Assembly (NCBI GenBank): GCA_963848305.1
Contig: CAWKDC010000001.1
Location: 448,001-512,000 of the forward strand
Direction of reading: 5' to 3'
Source: an uncultured Gammaproteobacteria bacterium
Lineage (GTDB): Bacteria; Pseudomonadota; Gammaproteobacteria; JABCZS01
DNA length: 64,000 nucleotides
Made by a program: the position numbers and the translations under genes. The notes beneath the pieces are model-generated. The model did no database searches. It saw nothing but the letters and a program-made list of their open reading frames with translations, and was not told where the DNA came from. Positions 1 through 10,687 of the stretch are shown here, piece after piece (positions within the stretch are counted from its first letter, which is position 1; every line of letters begins with the position of its first letter).

Positions 1-707
1 CGGCTTCGAGCTCCACAAGGCTGTCGATCTGCAAAAGGGCCGAAAGCTATTTCTTACATGGGCTTACACAAGCTCAGCTCAGCCAAGCCATATTCCCCTT
101 GGGCGAGATGCATAAACCCGACGTGCGTGCCATTGCCCGCGCTGCTGGGCTGGTCAATGCTGATAAAAAGGATTCAACAGGTATTTGCTTCATTGGTGAA
201 CGCGCGTTTAAAACGTTTTTGAAGGATTATCTTCCCGCCCAACCAGGTAATATCGTGACAGTTGATGGCAAAACAATAGGGTCGCATGAAGGATTAATGT
301 ATTACACCCTTGGGCAACGGCAAGGGTTGGGCATTGGCGGGCTGGCTGATGCGAGCGAACTGCCCTGGTACGTTGTTCGCAAAGACATGGTGAATAACCG
401 CTTGATTGTGGCACAGGGCAGTGATCATCCTTCCCTATTCACCAGCAAAATATTGGTTTCTGAGATACACTGGATCGGGGAAGCGCCCACCTTTCCTATG
501 ACGTGTCAGGCAAAGACTCGGTATCGCCAGGCAGATCAAGCTTGTACGATCACCCCTGTTAACGGGCGATATTTAATCAGTTTTGATGTGCCGCAACGCG
601 CGGTCACATCGGGGCAATCGGTTGTTTTTTACAACGGCACCCATTGTTTGGGCGGTGCCACTATTGAGGATATTGACGATGGACATACAAGCGCTTTCGC
701 CCCTTGA
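1..707 (+). CDS. mnmA: tRNA 2-thiouridine synthase MnmA (5'-truncated by window)
   Basis: Motifs [39 protein letters not shown]; apparent indel near nt 40 in the KDQSYFL segment. Confidence 0.95.
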   Translation, partial: ASSSTRLSICKRAESYFLHGLTQAQLSQAIFPLGEMHKPDVRAIARAAGLVNADKKDSTGICFIGERAFKTFLKDYLPAQPGNIVTVDGKTIGSHEGLMYYTLGQRQGLGIGGLADASELPWYVVRKDMVNNRLIVAQGSDHPSLFTSKILVSEIHWIGEAPTFPMTCQAKTRYRQADQACTITPVNGRYLISFDVPQRAVTSGQSVVFYNGTHCLGGATIEDIDDGHTSAFAP

Positions 708-2013
708 CGGCCGTTATGCAGACATTGCCGATCCGCTGCGTCGGGTTTTCAGCGAATATGCGCTGATCCGCTATCGCTACCGCGTCGAAATGGCTTGGTT
801 TTTATTTTTATGTGACACGCTGGATGTGCCCGTTTTGCGTGCTGTCAATACATCAGACAAAGCTTATCTGAATGAATTGTGCGATTCATTCGACATTGCA
901 GATGCTGCTGCGGTGAAAAAAATCGAACAAACCACACGTCATGATGTAAAAGCACTTGAATATTTCATGAAATCACAATTCGCCACACGCGAGACCTTGA
1001 GAAATGCGCAAGAATTTATTCATTTCGCGTGCACCTCTGAAGACATCAACAATATTGCGTATGCCTTCATGACGCGTGATGGTCGCGCGCTGCTCACCAC
1101 ACATTATCAAACGATCATTGATGCACTCGAACACTTTGCCAAACAATGGGCTGATCAGCCGATGTTATCGCGCACGCATGGGCAAAGTGCGTCACCGACG
1201 ACGGTCGGTAAAGAATGCGCTAACATTGCGTATCGGTTAACGCAAGGTTTGAAGCGCTTAAACAACGTCGTTGTGTCTGCAAAAATCAACGGCGCTGTCG
1301 GTAATTTTAATGCCCATCATGTTGCGTTTCCCGATATTCACTGGCCGTCGGCAGGGAAAGCATTTATTGAATCGCTTGGATTTGAGCAACATCCTTTTAC
1401 CACACAAATTGAACCGCATGATCATTTATGTGAAATGCTTGATGCTATTGCTGCGTTAAACGTTATTTTGATCGATTGCTCGCGCGATATGTGGGGTTAT
1501 ATTTCCCTGAATTATTTTAAACAGCGCCCTGTTGAAGGTGAGGTCGGTTCTTCCACCATGCCGCATAAAGTCAACCCGATTGATTTTGAAAATGCAGAAG
1601 GTAATTTTGGGATTGCGAATGCGCTGGCACGATTCATGAGTGATAAATTACCCATATCTCGTTTTCAACGTGATTTAAGCGATTCTACTGTGTTGCGCAA
1701 TCTCGGCGTGGTGTTTGGTCATACCGTCTTGGGTTTGGTTGCATTAAACCGAGGATTGGGTAAATTGGACATCAACCGCGACGCAATCAGCACTGATTTG
1801 AACAATCATCCCGAAGTGCTGACTGAGGCTATTCAAACAGTGATGCGCTGCCACGGGCTGGAAGCACCTTATGAGCAATTGAAAGCATTGTCTCGAGGCA
1901 AAGCATTAACGCTCGAATCCTTACGTGCGTTCATTGAAGCACAACCATTGCCGGAAGCGGATAAAACGAGATTATTGGCATTAACGCCGGCAGGGTATAC
2001 AGGTTACGCTTAA
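679..2013 (+). CDS. purB: adenylosuccinate lyase
   Basis: Starts [13 protein letters not shown]; signature [20 protein letters not shown]; follows mnmA. Confidence 0.97.
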   Translation: MDIQALSPLDGRYADIADPLRRVFSEYALIRYRYRVEMAWFLFLCDTLDVPVLRAVNTSDKAYLNELCDSFDIADAAAVKKIEQTTRHDVKALEYFMKSQFATRETLRNAQEFIHFACTSEDINNIAYAFMTRDGRALLTTHYQTIIDALEHFAKQWADQPMLSRTHGQSASPTTVGKECANIAYRLTQGLKRLNNVVVSAKINGAVGNFNAHHVAFPDIHWPSAGKAFIESLGFEQHPFTTQIEPHDHLCEMLDAIAALNVILIDCSRDMWGYISLNYFKQRPVEGEVGSSTMPHKVNPIDFENAEGNFGIANALARFMSDKLPISRFQRDLSDSTVLRNLGVVFGHTVLGLVALNRGLGKLDINRDAISTDLNNHPEVLTEAIQTVMRCHGLEAPYEQLKALSRGKALTLESLRAFIEAQPLPEADKTRLLALTPAGYTGYA

Positions 2014-2795
2014 AACCGTATCCCGCCACCGACGCCGATATACCGCTGAAACCCACCGAGTTCGCCGCTGATACGCTGGCCATATTCTATATCTAATTCA
2101 AGGAATTCTAAAGGCAAGTATTGAAACCCCGTATCGGCATTATACCCATCCGTTTGATGTGGCCCGGTTTTACTTTGGCCATACGCTTCAGCATACCATT
2201 GGAATACGTCATTGATTTGCCATGTAAAAACGAGATCTGGGTTAACACTGGTGTATCGCTCACCGCCGGCACTTGAAGAGGTTGTGGCCGTCGTTACGCC
2301 CAACATGAAAGCCAGTGAAAGCGCACTATTGAAGGTGTAATTCACGATACCATTTACCGCCGCACCCGTCCCATCACTCCCCAGGGCCTCTGAACCAGAA
2401 GGAAGTGTGACCAATCCTTCTGCTGCCCAGATCCATTGTCCCCTCACCGGAAATTGATGCTTAAAACCCAAGCTGGTCGCTCCAACACCCTGCACAGGCT
2501 CATCCAACCCATACTGTATAACATAGAGAGGCAAAAGCACGGTGATTTCATTCCCTGCGGGCAAACCAAAACGGGTCTGAAGCTCAGGCAAGTTGATGGC
2601 AGTGCCTTCACCTGGATAGAGCGTTTGATATTGCACACCCGCCTCCAGAATCACCTGGTCAGGTTTAACAGCACATACGCTATCGGCCACCGTAGGGCGA
2701 TTCAGTACAGCCAATAAGCTAGCGCAGGGATCGTCCGCCCACAGTACCGTGGGAAGCAGCAGAAGTAGCAAGATATGACGTTGGTTCATACGCAT
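2010..2795 (-). CDS. outer-membrane beta-barrel of the MetA-pathway/transporter family
   Basis: Signal peptide, NRPTVADS motif, amphipathic strands, C-terminal Phe (GIRF). Confidence 0.65.
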   Translation of the reverse strand: MRMNQRHILLLLLLPTVLWADDPCASLLAVLNRPTVADSVCAVKPDQVILEAGVQYQTLYPGEGTAINLPELQTRFGLPAGNEITVLLPLYVIQYGLDEPVQGVGATSLGFKHQFPVRGQWIWAAEGLVTLPSGSEALGSDGTGAAVNGIVNYTFNSALSLAFMLGVTTATTSSSAGGERYTSVNPDLVFTWQINDVFQWYAEAYGQSKTGPHQTDGYNADTGFQYLPLEFLELDIEYGQRISGELGGFQRYIGVGGGIRF

Positions 2796-2908
2796 CTATC
2801 CATGAGTGATAAAAATCAAGTATAGTCGTCTTGCAATTCCCTGCTGCAACCTGTGAATAACCCTAATCAGCAAAATGTTTCGATAGTCCCATGAACAAGT
2901 AGGGTTCT

Positions 2909-4615
2909 TTATAAATCACTATTTTTGATGTGTTGATCTTGTAGATTCCATTTCAATTCCGCTGGCGTAGCTTCTTTCGTTTTTCTAGCTTCGAAAAGGA
3001 GAGTCAATTTATGGATCACACCCGAAGCCGCTGGAAATCCCCCATCAAATGCATCGTACTGGCCTGATTCGAGGGCTACAACCGCAGCACGGATCAGCTG
3101 TCCGCGTAGTGTGTTTGGATGAGATTTAATCCAAGCTGACAGTTCATCAGTATGGGCTCGATGTAATATATGGAGATGTTCTTTAAATAAGTTGAAAATA
3201 TTCTCAGCCGTTTGTCTATAACCCACACCCCTCGACGAAAAAATAATAGTCGCGATCACATTGCTCGGTTCGCCGGCTGCAACAGCGGTTGGATTCTCGG
3301 GATCCGGTCGAATCGCCTCTTCGAGCAACAACAATGCCATTATTTTATTATCGACATTATTTTTATTCCATTCGCACCAGAATGCTTTTTTCAATTCATT
3401 GGCAATTATATCCTTCTGAGAAACTAAAAAAGAAGGTGGTGATTTCCAAAGATACCCTGGAAAAAATCTTCTCATTTTATTGAGAAACTTATAGGGACAG
3501 CCAATCTCTGCATTATTTATTTCAAATCCACCAGAAGAACGTAGCCGTAAGCATTTTGATTCAAAAACTCCAGTAAGTTTCTCCAAGCATTTTAATTCAA
3601 AAACTTCAATAAGTTTCCCCATTTCACGGGTGTTCGGAATCGTTTGTATACGTTTACGGGATTCATATAACTCGAAAAGGCATTCATCATTTTTATTTTT
3701 TAACTCAAATATGAAAGGATAGGTATGGAGCAATTGAAGATGGTCTCTTATTAGATCTCGAAGATATTCAATATCATCAAAGACAGGAAAAATTGATACT
3801 TTAGTCAACATCGTTTTATTTGTACATAGGAGCACTGAAAGAGTCATTTCAATTTTATCATGTTCAGATAAACGAGAGTCTCCAATGGCGGTAAGAATCT
3901 GCTGGGCACGGTCTGGATAATCATCAACATTTTCACTGTTGATGGTTTTAAGTAACTCAAGTCCTTTTTTGTCAAAACCATCGTCAGAATTTAGAATGAG
4001 CGAAACATCCATCTTTTTGTTCGGAGATTTCTCTGCTATCGCTTCGCACAGCTGGCTTAACTCATTGAATATCGGATAGTCTCCTTTATTTTCTTTAAAC
4101 AAACCTTTAAGTATATAAAAATCAGGGCACAACTGACCCAGTACATCTGTGAAATCTTGTAGATTGTTCTTAATAAATTGAGCATATACGCTTATCTTAC
4201 GTTCATTCTGTACAATATGCGCATGACTTACATAGTTAACTTTATTTTGACTCGAATCACATTTCGTATTGATCTTGAAAAAGGAAAAATAGGTATTTAA
4301 AAACTTTATTCTCAAATTGCAATCAGATTTAATACATGTCGGGAGGTTATTAATTACTTCATCAAGCAGTGGTTTTTTTTCAGTGGACGGCTGATTCAAC
4401 ACAACATCAAGCGAATGATTTTTATCGTCAATAGCGAGCATTAAATGACAGATGACAACTTCCATTAAAAACTTTGAATTGTCTTGTTCGCTCAATACAT
4501 TGCTTATGTTCTTGGATATAACTGTGCTATCATCGTAATCTGCCCTAGCATTTTCCAAGCGTGCTCGTAACACACTAATCAGTCTATCTAACTGCATGAT
4601 TGTCCTCCCATCCAT
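2909..4615 (-). CDS. hypothetical AT-rich helical protein, effector-like orphan
   Basis: 568 aa ORF, lower GC than flanks, no recognisable motif; TTGACT-17-TAGAGT promoter upstream. Confidence 0.6.
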   Translation of the reverse strand: MDGRTIMQLDRLISVLRARLENARADYDDSTVISKNISNVLSEQDNSKFLMEVVICHLMLAIDDKNHSLDVVLNQPSTEKKPLLDEVINNLPTCIKSDCNLRIKFLNTYFSFFKINTKCDSSQNKVNYVSHAHIVQNERKISVYAQFIKNNLQDFTDVLGQLCPDFYILKGLFKENKGDYPIFNELSQLCEAIAEKSPNKKMDVSLILNSDDGFDKKGLELLKTINSENVDDYPDRAQQILTAIGDSRLSEHDKIEMTLSVLLCTNKTMLTKVSIFPVFDDIEYLRDLIRDHLQLLHTYPFIFELKNKNDECLFELYESRKRIQTIPNTREMGKLIEVFELKCLEKLTGVFESKCLRLRSSGGFEINNAEIGCPYKFLNKMRRFFPGYLWKSPPSFLVSQKDIIANELKKAFWCEWNKNNVDNKIMALLLLEEAIRPDPENPTAVAAGEPSNVIATIIFSSRGVGYRQTAENIFNLFKEHLHILHRAHTDELSAWIKSHPNTLRGQLIRAAVVALESGQYDAFDGGFPAASGVIHKLTLLFEARKTKEATPAELKWNLQDQHIKNSDL

Positions 4616-4845
4616 ACACCCTGCCTACAGATACTCTACCGGGATGCATCATTTTAGTCAATAATCTAATTTATATATAAAGCAAGATTTTCTATCTAAT
4701 TGAATTACCAGCTGTTTTGAGCGAAATGGAATGAATTAATATAACGCTATGATTTTAAAGCAATAATGCTATTATGGTGGCAAAAGCTTGGTTTGGATCG
4801 TTCGTTCTGATAGAATGATAATAAATTGATACAGAGAGTTGACAC

Positions 4846-6592
4846 ATGACCAGTTCCGATACTATTTGCTGTCACATTTACTACCAGTTAAAAACCCAAA
4901 AAAGTCCCTATCTTCAAAAGGCAATATTGGGTTATGTGGCACTTTCACAACATCGACTTGTAACGTCAGCGGAACAGATTGAGCGTCAGATAGAGGCAGC
5001 GCTTGAAGGTGAGAATCCACTCTATATTCACTGGTATTCCATCGATTGGAAGCATTCAATTGCTCAAAAACTTATCTCAAGAAAGGTCGACACGAAAGCC
5101 ATTATCAATCATCGGACTGGCCCTGCAGCATATTTTACCCGTGCACAAGCACACCCTGTTGTTGGAACAGAAAGCGCTACTCATCTCACGATTGTGCCTC
5201 ATGTGCATTCTCTCTTTAATTCTCACCACTCAAAATATCTCATTAATGGTGATCAAATACAGATCATGTCTTGGGATATTGGGTGGCACGACACTGAAGC
5301 CAATGCATCTATTATCATTAAAAATGATAAGTTAGCGAAAAAAATGCTTAATTTATTTGAAAAACAGAAAAAACGCTGTCAAGGCCTTTTGGATGAAATG
5401 CATGATACATTTGTTGAAACGGATGATAACAACAAAAATATTCTGATCCTTTCAAAAAATGAATCCACGGGCCCCTCTCAAACGTATGCAATATCGCTCC
5501 CCGTTTCATTCGGCCTATCTCCAGGTGATCCAAAACGCTCAGACAAATATTTATATCTGCACACCCAATATCAATGATCACAAAATCTTAGAAGCGCTTT
5601 CACTTGCTGCATCGCGAGGCGTGAAAGTGGTGATCTTAATTGGAAAACATGCCAATGATAGCCGAGAAAGAAAACCATTCATGGGCGGAACAAATTTATC
5701 ATCACTTGAATCCCTTTTTCAAAAAACTGATCCTTGCTATCACGAGAATATTGAAGTCCGATGGAATTATTATGAGAACGTCTTTGGAGACGATTTAAAT
5801 AGACGAAAAATACATGCCAAATTCGCCATTTTTGACGAGGAGATCGTCATGGCAGGAACCTCACCACTGGATAAGCAATCCGTCTATTTTTCTGAGGAAC
5901 TGGATGTTATTATTCAGAACGATGAGATTGCAAAACAATATATGAGCGCGTTTCAGGATTTCTCGAACGAAAATAGAACCGATGATAAAAAATGTTTTAA
6001 CGGCGTGACAAAACGGGATGAATTCATCAACTACCATGTCGAACGACTTGAATCTTTTAAAGTAGCCATTAAAAGAAACATCCAAAAGTCAGTAAAAAAT
6101 GATAATGAATTTAATTCCCTATGGACTACCATTGAACAAGCCAAATCAAGACGAGCAGTATTTAAAGGCATTCATGATGGAATGGAATCTGCGAAAAAAA
6201 ATAACAACTCACCTTTAGAGAGCGTATTACGTTCCACCTTAGAAGACTTCTTCTCTATGACAGAAAAACATCAATATATCGAAGCAGAAACTGTTCATTT
6301 TAATCTATCACCGACATATCCCCTCTCTTGGAGTATTGGTCTTGGCGTTCTCTGTGGGGCAGGATTATTAATTAGCTTCTTCCTCATGAATCACTATGAG
6401 ATATCTGTCACCAACAATTCTTACGATCATTGGATTGAAGAGGTGTTCAATATTCATGTTGATGCCAGCAGAAACCGTATTGCACCCACCACCCCTGTCA
6501 CGCTAGTCGCATTACCGATATTATTTGGCGTGGGTATCGGCTTGTACCGAAGCTGGGTCAAAGAGAAAAAAATCAACCCAGCCCCCCTGTAG
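4846..6592 (+). CDS. phospholipase D-family protein with C-terminal TM pair (split by frameshift near 5455)
   Basis: Variant HSKYLINGD in ORF 4846-5577 and canonical HAKFAIFD in overlapping ORF 5459-6592; AQTNIYICTPN motif. Confidence 0.75.
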
Positions 6593-6666
6593 ATCCAGAT
6601 AAGATTCATTTAAGATCCCCTATCCTTCGCCGATACCCTCTCTGAATACCCTTAAAACGAGAGGAG

Positions 6667-6912
6667 ATGATCATGACCAACAAGAAACACCCTGTGGATG
6701 ACATTCAGGAAGATATTCGGAATGAAGCCCATGTATTGAAGGCCGATGCTGAAGAGCTTATCCATGATGTGACTGAAAAAGCACAACATCTTGAACAAGA
6801 AGTGGAAGCTTATACGAAAGCCGCGAAACAGTACATCACGAAAAATCCTTTAAAATCAACTGCCATTGCAGCATTTGCTGGGGTATTGATCGGCAAATTG
6901 TTTGGCAAGTAA
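6667..6912 (+). CDS. ElaB/YqjD (DUF883) tail-anchored membrane protein
   Basis: Helical N-terminus then YITKNPLKSTAIAAFAGVLIGKL. Confidence 0.8.
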   Translation: MIMTNKKHPVDDIQEDIRNEAHVLKADAEELIHDVTEKAQHLEQEVEAYTKAAKQYITKNPLKSTAIAAFAGVLIGKLFGK

Positions 6913-6916
6913 TAAA

Positions 6917-7276
6917 ATGAAGGACAATCCCTTTGAAAAGCTGGGAAGCGCTTACCTCGCCCTCATCCGTGAGCATGCCACCCTTTTTACATTGGAAAAG
7001 GCCCTCGCCAAACAAAGTATCCTGCCGTTTTTGATCAGTATGGGGGGTAGCTTCTTACTGATCATCAGCATATGGATCACCCTCCTCGTGATTACATCCT
7101 ATGGGATTTATCTGCTGACGCAGAACCTGAACAATACACTTATCATCATCAGCGTGATTCAATTGGTAGGCCTGGCACTCGGGCTCTTCTTGATGAAAAT
7201 GTATCTTAAGCGTATGGGATTTAAGCACACGCGGGCTCATCTTAAAATGTTTTTGGAGAATGATGATGAGCCGTAA
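6917..7276 (+). CDS. YqjE-like membrane protein (holin-like family)
   Basis: Two TM helices, F..TR..L C-terminal motif, operon position after DUF883. Confidence 0.65.
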   Translation: MKDNPFEKLGSAYLALIREHATLFTLEKALAKQSILPFLISMGGSFLLIISIWITLLVITSYGIYLLTQNLNNTLIIISVIQLVGLALGLFLMKMYLKRMGFKHTRAHLKMFLENDDEP

Positions 7277-7514
7277 ATCCCTGATCAAATCGATTCAAGA
7301 AACGAATGATGCGATCACGCTGCATCAACGTCAAATACATGCGGCCAATGAAGCCATCTCACAGGCCATCACCCCACCCACCCCTTATGTCTATGCCCTG
7401 CCGATCGTAGCATTTTTATTGGGATTACGTTATTCTAAGGTGTGCTCGAAAGTCGTATCATTGAAACAGATGTATACTTACGGGATGTTGCTTCTTCCTC
7501 TGTTTAAGGACTAA
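7263..7514 (+). CDS. YqjK-like small membrane protein
   Basis: Coiled N-terminus plus TM; third gene of a yqjDEK-like operon. Confidence 0.5.
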   Translation: MMSRKSLIKSIQETNDAITLHQRQIHAANEAISQAITPPTPYVYALPIVAFLLGLRYSKVCSKVVSLKQMYTYGMLLLPLFKD

Positions 7515-7517
7515 CGC

Positions 7518-8687
7518 GTGTCTGATTTGCTCCGTCAAGATCTGAAAACCCTTGTGAATATTAACAGCCACTCACTCAACCCCGTCGGCGTACGTGCCGT
7601 AGGGGAATACTTGCGACCAAGGTTTGAGGCGTTAGGTTTTCATACCGAATGGCATCCAAACACCGATCCACATTACGGCGATCATTTGTTTGCAACACAT
7701 CCAGGCACAGGTTCTCACATTTTATTATTAGGCCATTTAGACACAGTATATTCTGTTGACAGTCCCTTTCAACACTACCATGACACGGCAGACAAAGCCT
7801 TCGGCCCCGGTGTGTATGACATGAAAGGCGGCCTGTTGGTGATATTGTACGCACTCGAATCATTGCACGCTTCAGGTTTCCTGAAAAACAAGCACATCAC
7901 TGTCGCATTATTGGGCGATGAAGAACAAACGTCTCAACCTTGGGAAATCAGCCGTCAAGCATTATTAAAAGCAGCACTAACCGCAAACATTGCGCTCGGT
8001 TTTGAATTTGCGCGAGCATTGAACGTTGCGGTGATTGAACGACGCGGCACAACCAATTGGACGCTGGATGTCCGCGCCAAAGGTGGTCATTCATCACGCA
8101 TCACGCATGTGGACAGTGGCTCAGGCGCGATTTATCATACCATGCGTATTTTACAAAACATGCGCGATGAAATGCTGAAACATGACGGGTTAACATTGAA
8201 TCCTGGCGTGATCGCCGGCGGCAGTTCCCTCATCGTGAAGGAAGCCAGCATTGAAACCGTGGGCGCGCAAAATATCATTGCATCCCATGCGATGGTGCGT
8301 GGAGATGTGCGCTATACGCACCGTGATCAACTTGATGCAGCGGAAACGGCTTTACAACATCTTTTGCACGATAAAGATGATCCACACATGCAAGCCGTCC
8401 TAGCATTTTCACCCCCGAAACCTGCCATGGAGCGCAAACCGGGTAATGAGACTTTGCTCGCTCAATTCAGTGAGATCAGTGTGTCATTGGGCGGCGAACC
8501 GGTACATGCCGTTGATCGCATGATTGCCGGCGCCTCTGACATGAACATGGTCAGCCCTTACGTTCCTGCCTGCCTCGACAGCCTTGGCGTATTCGGCGGC
8601 GGTGCACATACTGAACAGGAATGGATGAGTATCCAAGATTTCCCGTTTGTGGTTGAGCGGGTGAAAAGGATGTTACTGTCGATCTAA
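7518..8687 (+). CDS. M20 metallopeptidase (carboxypeptidase G2-like)
   Basis: LLGHLDTV, GPGVYDMKGG, GDEE, GGGAHT motifs. Confidence 0.88.
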   Translation: MSDLLRQDLKTLVNINSHSLNPVGVRAVGEYLRPRFEALGFHTEWHPNTDPHYGDHLFATHPGTGSHILLLGHLDTVYSVDSPFQHYHDTADKAFGPGVYDMKGGLLVILYALESLHASGFLKNKHITVALLGDEEQTSQPWEISRQALLKAALTANIALGFEFARALNVAVIERRGTTNWTLDVRAKGGHSSRITHVDSGSGAIYHTMRILQNMRDEMLKHDGLTLNPGVIAGGSSLIVKEASIETVGAQNIIASHAMVRGDVRYTHRDQLDAAETALQHLLHDKDDPHMQAVLAFSPPKPAMERKPGNETLLAQFSEISVSLGGEPVHAVDRMIAGASDMNMVSPYVPACLDSLGVFGGGAHTEQEWMSIQDFPFVVERVKRMLLSI

Positions 8688-8771
8688 ATCATCATTTTAT
8701 CTTTTATATCAGTGTGTTGCATGATAATCTCTTTTGTGTTGAAGCATGACTGGTAATTTCAGAAAAATTAT

Positions 8772-8790
8772 TGTACACTGAATATGTACA
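8772..8790. promoter_or_regulatory. TA operator: two TGTACA palindromes
   Basis: TGTACA at 8772-8777 and 8785-8790 just upstream of the antitoxin RBS; same core as the E. coli yefM-yoeB operator. Confidence 0.55.
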
Positions 8791-8805
8791 TATCCAGGAG
8801 CTCCT

Positions 8806-9036
8806 ATGAAACAGATTAATATCACAGAATTTCGTCAGCATTTACCGAGCTATTTGTCCTCTGTACAAAAAGGTGCTGAAATCATGATCACTTCCCATGG
8901 TCGTGTCATCGCCCATATTGTGCCTCCTGCAGAGCCTCAAAAAAAGGCGCAAGAAAAATTACAAGCGTTGCGTCAACATGCCGTTGTTGGAGATGTCACT
9001 TCTCCCATTGACGAAGAATGGGGCGCTGCTCAATGA
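8806..9036 (+). CDS. Phd/YefM-family antitoxin
   Basis: MKQINITEFRQHL...IMITSHGRVIAHIVP Phd fold pattern. Confidence 0.9.
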   Translation: MKQINITEFRQHLPSYLSSVQKGAEIMITSHGRVIAHIVPPAEPQKKAQEKLQALRQHAVVGDVTSPIDEEWGAAQ

Positions 9037-9431
9037 TCATTTTAGATACATGCGCGTTAATTTATGATGCACTATCGCCAGAAAAATTAGGGAGGGCGGC
9101 TAAGAAGGCTATTTTTGCTTCAGTCAAATCGGGCACATTGGCATGTAGTGATATCAGTTTATGGGAAATTGGGATGCTCATTCAGAAAAAGAGATTAGAG
9201 CTTGATCTTTCCACTGTTGAATTTCTAGACTTGGTGCTACAGGCGCGGGGGCTGCAAGTACTCAGTATCACCACTGAAATTGCAGCACTCGCTACGGATA
9301 TTGTTCAATTCAAACATGCAGATCCTGCTGATAGAATCATTGCAGCAACAGCAATGCACCATCGTGCGAAATTGTTAACCAGCGATAAGAAATTACAAGC
9401 ATTTTCAGGATTAGTCACGATTTGGGACTGA
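9033..9431 (+). CDS. vapC: VapC PIN-domain toxin
   Basis: IILDTCAL, SLWEI, HADPADRIIAATA, LLTSD; ATGA overlap with antitoxin. Confidence 0.92.
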   Translation: MIILDTCALIYDALSPEKLGRAAKKAIFASVKSGTLACSDISLWEIGMLIQKKRLELDLSTVEFLDLVLQARGLQVLSITTEIAALATDIVQFKHADPADRIIAATAMHHRAKLLTSDKKLQAFSGLVTIWD

Positions 9432-9643
9432 TCAAATACAAGGACTATTTGCCCCCTTTGAGGGTTTTTTGAGGGTTTAGATACGCAAAGTTTAGCCAGG
9501 CAGCCCATTTTTTATCTAAAAATCAGTCAGTTATAAAAGGCGGCATTATCAGTTTTCGCCTACAACGCTCACTATACCTATTGATAATTCAGATCAAGCA
9601 TGTTAACATTCTCAAATCTGTCATAATAGAGGAATATATCATC

Positions 9644-10651
9644 ATGAATAATGGGAATAATATCCAAAATAATCAAAATGCGGAATTCATATCGGCAATA
9701 CGTAACAAAGATTTTACCACGGTTTTTAACCTCATCAGCAAACCGGGACTAGACATCAACTGTGCACAACCTGAGGCTCACCGCACGAGATGGGATAGCT
9801 CAGATCAAGATCCAATCCCCCCTCAAGATATCACACCCCTTATAGAGGCGACAACGCGTGAACGATTTGATGTTGTGGCGCTCTTGTTGGGTCAAATTGA
9901 TATCAAGGTAGATGCTACCTGGAGAGGAAAAACTGCAGAGCAATGGGCAGAGGGGAAAATAAAAACATTATTTGACGCTCATGCTAAAGGGTATTCCAAA
10001 TCCTGGTTCATTGAGGAAGCTAAAAATGCCAGCCAACCCATCACCTTTTTCAAAGCAATCCGCAACGCCGACCTAGTGAAAACAACATCTCTCCTATCGA
10101 ATGGAACAAATATCAATATCATCGCTGAGAACAACACATCTGCCCTGGTGTTATGTGCAGCGGGAAGAATTCTAGGAATAGGACTTGCATTCACGCCGAT
10201 ATTGAGTGGAATGAACATGGCATTCATCGAGAATAATTTAACCACATTCAAGAAGAAAAGCTCTATAGATAAGACGCCCTTTCTTGACGAACGATTTATA
10301 CCCGTCGCTAACGCCTTGCTAGACAAAGGAATCGACGTCAATGCTCGAACACACGACGGACTAACAGCACTGATATTGGCTGCCGCAGTGGGCGATATAC
10401 AATTTATTTCGTTACTGATGTCGAAACGCCCACATGATCTTAACATGAGTCTACGTGATAATGAGACCAGCAGAAATGCCAAAGAATGGGCAGAAAGATG
10501 CGGACATACCTCTGTTGTTTCAATCATAGAAACATATGAAGATTTCGCAAAAAATACAACACACGTAGAAACTCCCGTGAGATTGAGCGGCTCCAGCGCT
10601 AGCACTTCACAACCGGGTCAGCGTAACAATTCTTCGTTAGAGCCATCTTAG
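9644..10651 (+). CDS. ankyrin-repeat protein, effector-like
   Basis: TPLIEA, GKTAEQWA, DVNARTHDGLTALILAAAVGD ankyrin motifs; Ser-rich tail. Confidence 0.85.
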   Translation: MNNGNNIQNNQNAEFISAIRNKDFTTVFNLISKPGLDINCAQPEAHRTRWDSSDQDPIPPQDITPLIEATTRERFDVVALLLGQIDIKVDATWRGKTAEQWAEGKIKTLFDAHAKGYSKSWFIEEAKNASQPITFFKAIRNADLVKTTSLLSNGTNINIIAENNTSALVLCAAGRILGIGLAFTPILSGMNMAFIENNLTTFKKKSSIDKTPFLDERFIPVANALLDKGIDVNARTHDGLTALILAAAVGDIQFISLLMSKRPHDLNMSLRDNETSRNAKEWAERCGHTSVVSIIETYEDFAKNTTHVETPVRLSGSSASTSQPGQRNNSSLEPS

Positions 10652-10687
10652 AAGAGAGTCGTACAGCCTGGTAAATGGAAAGAGAGA

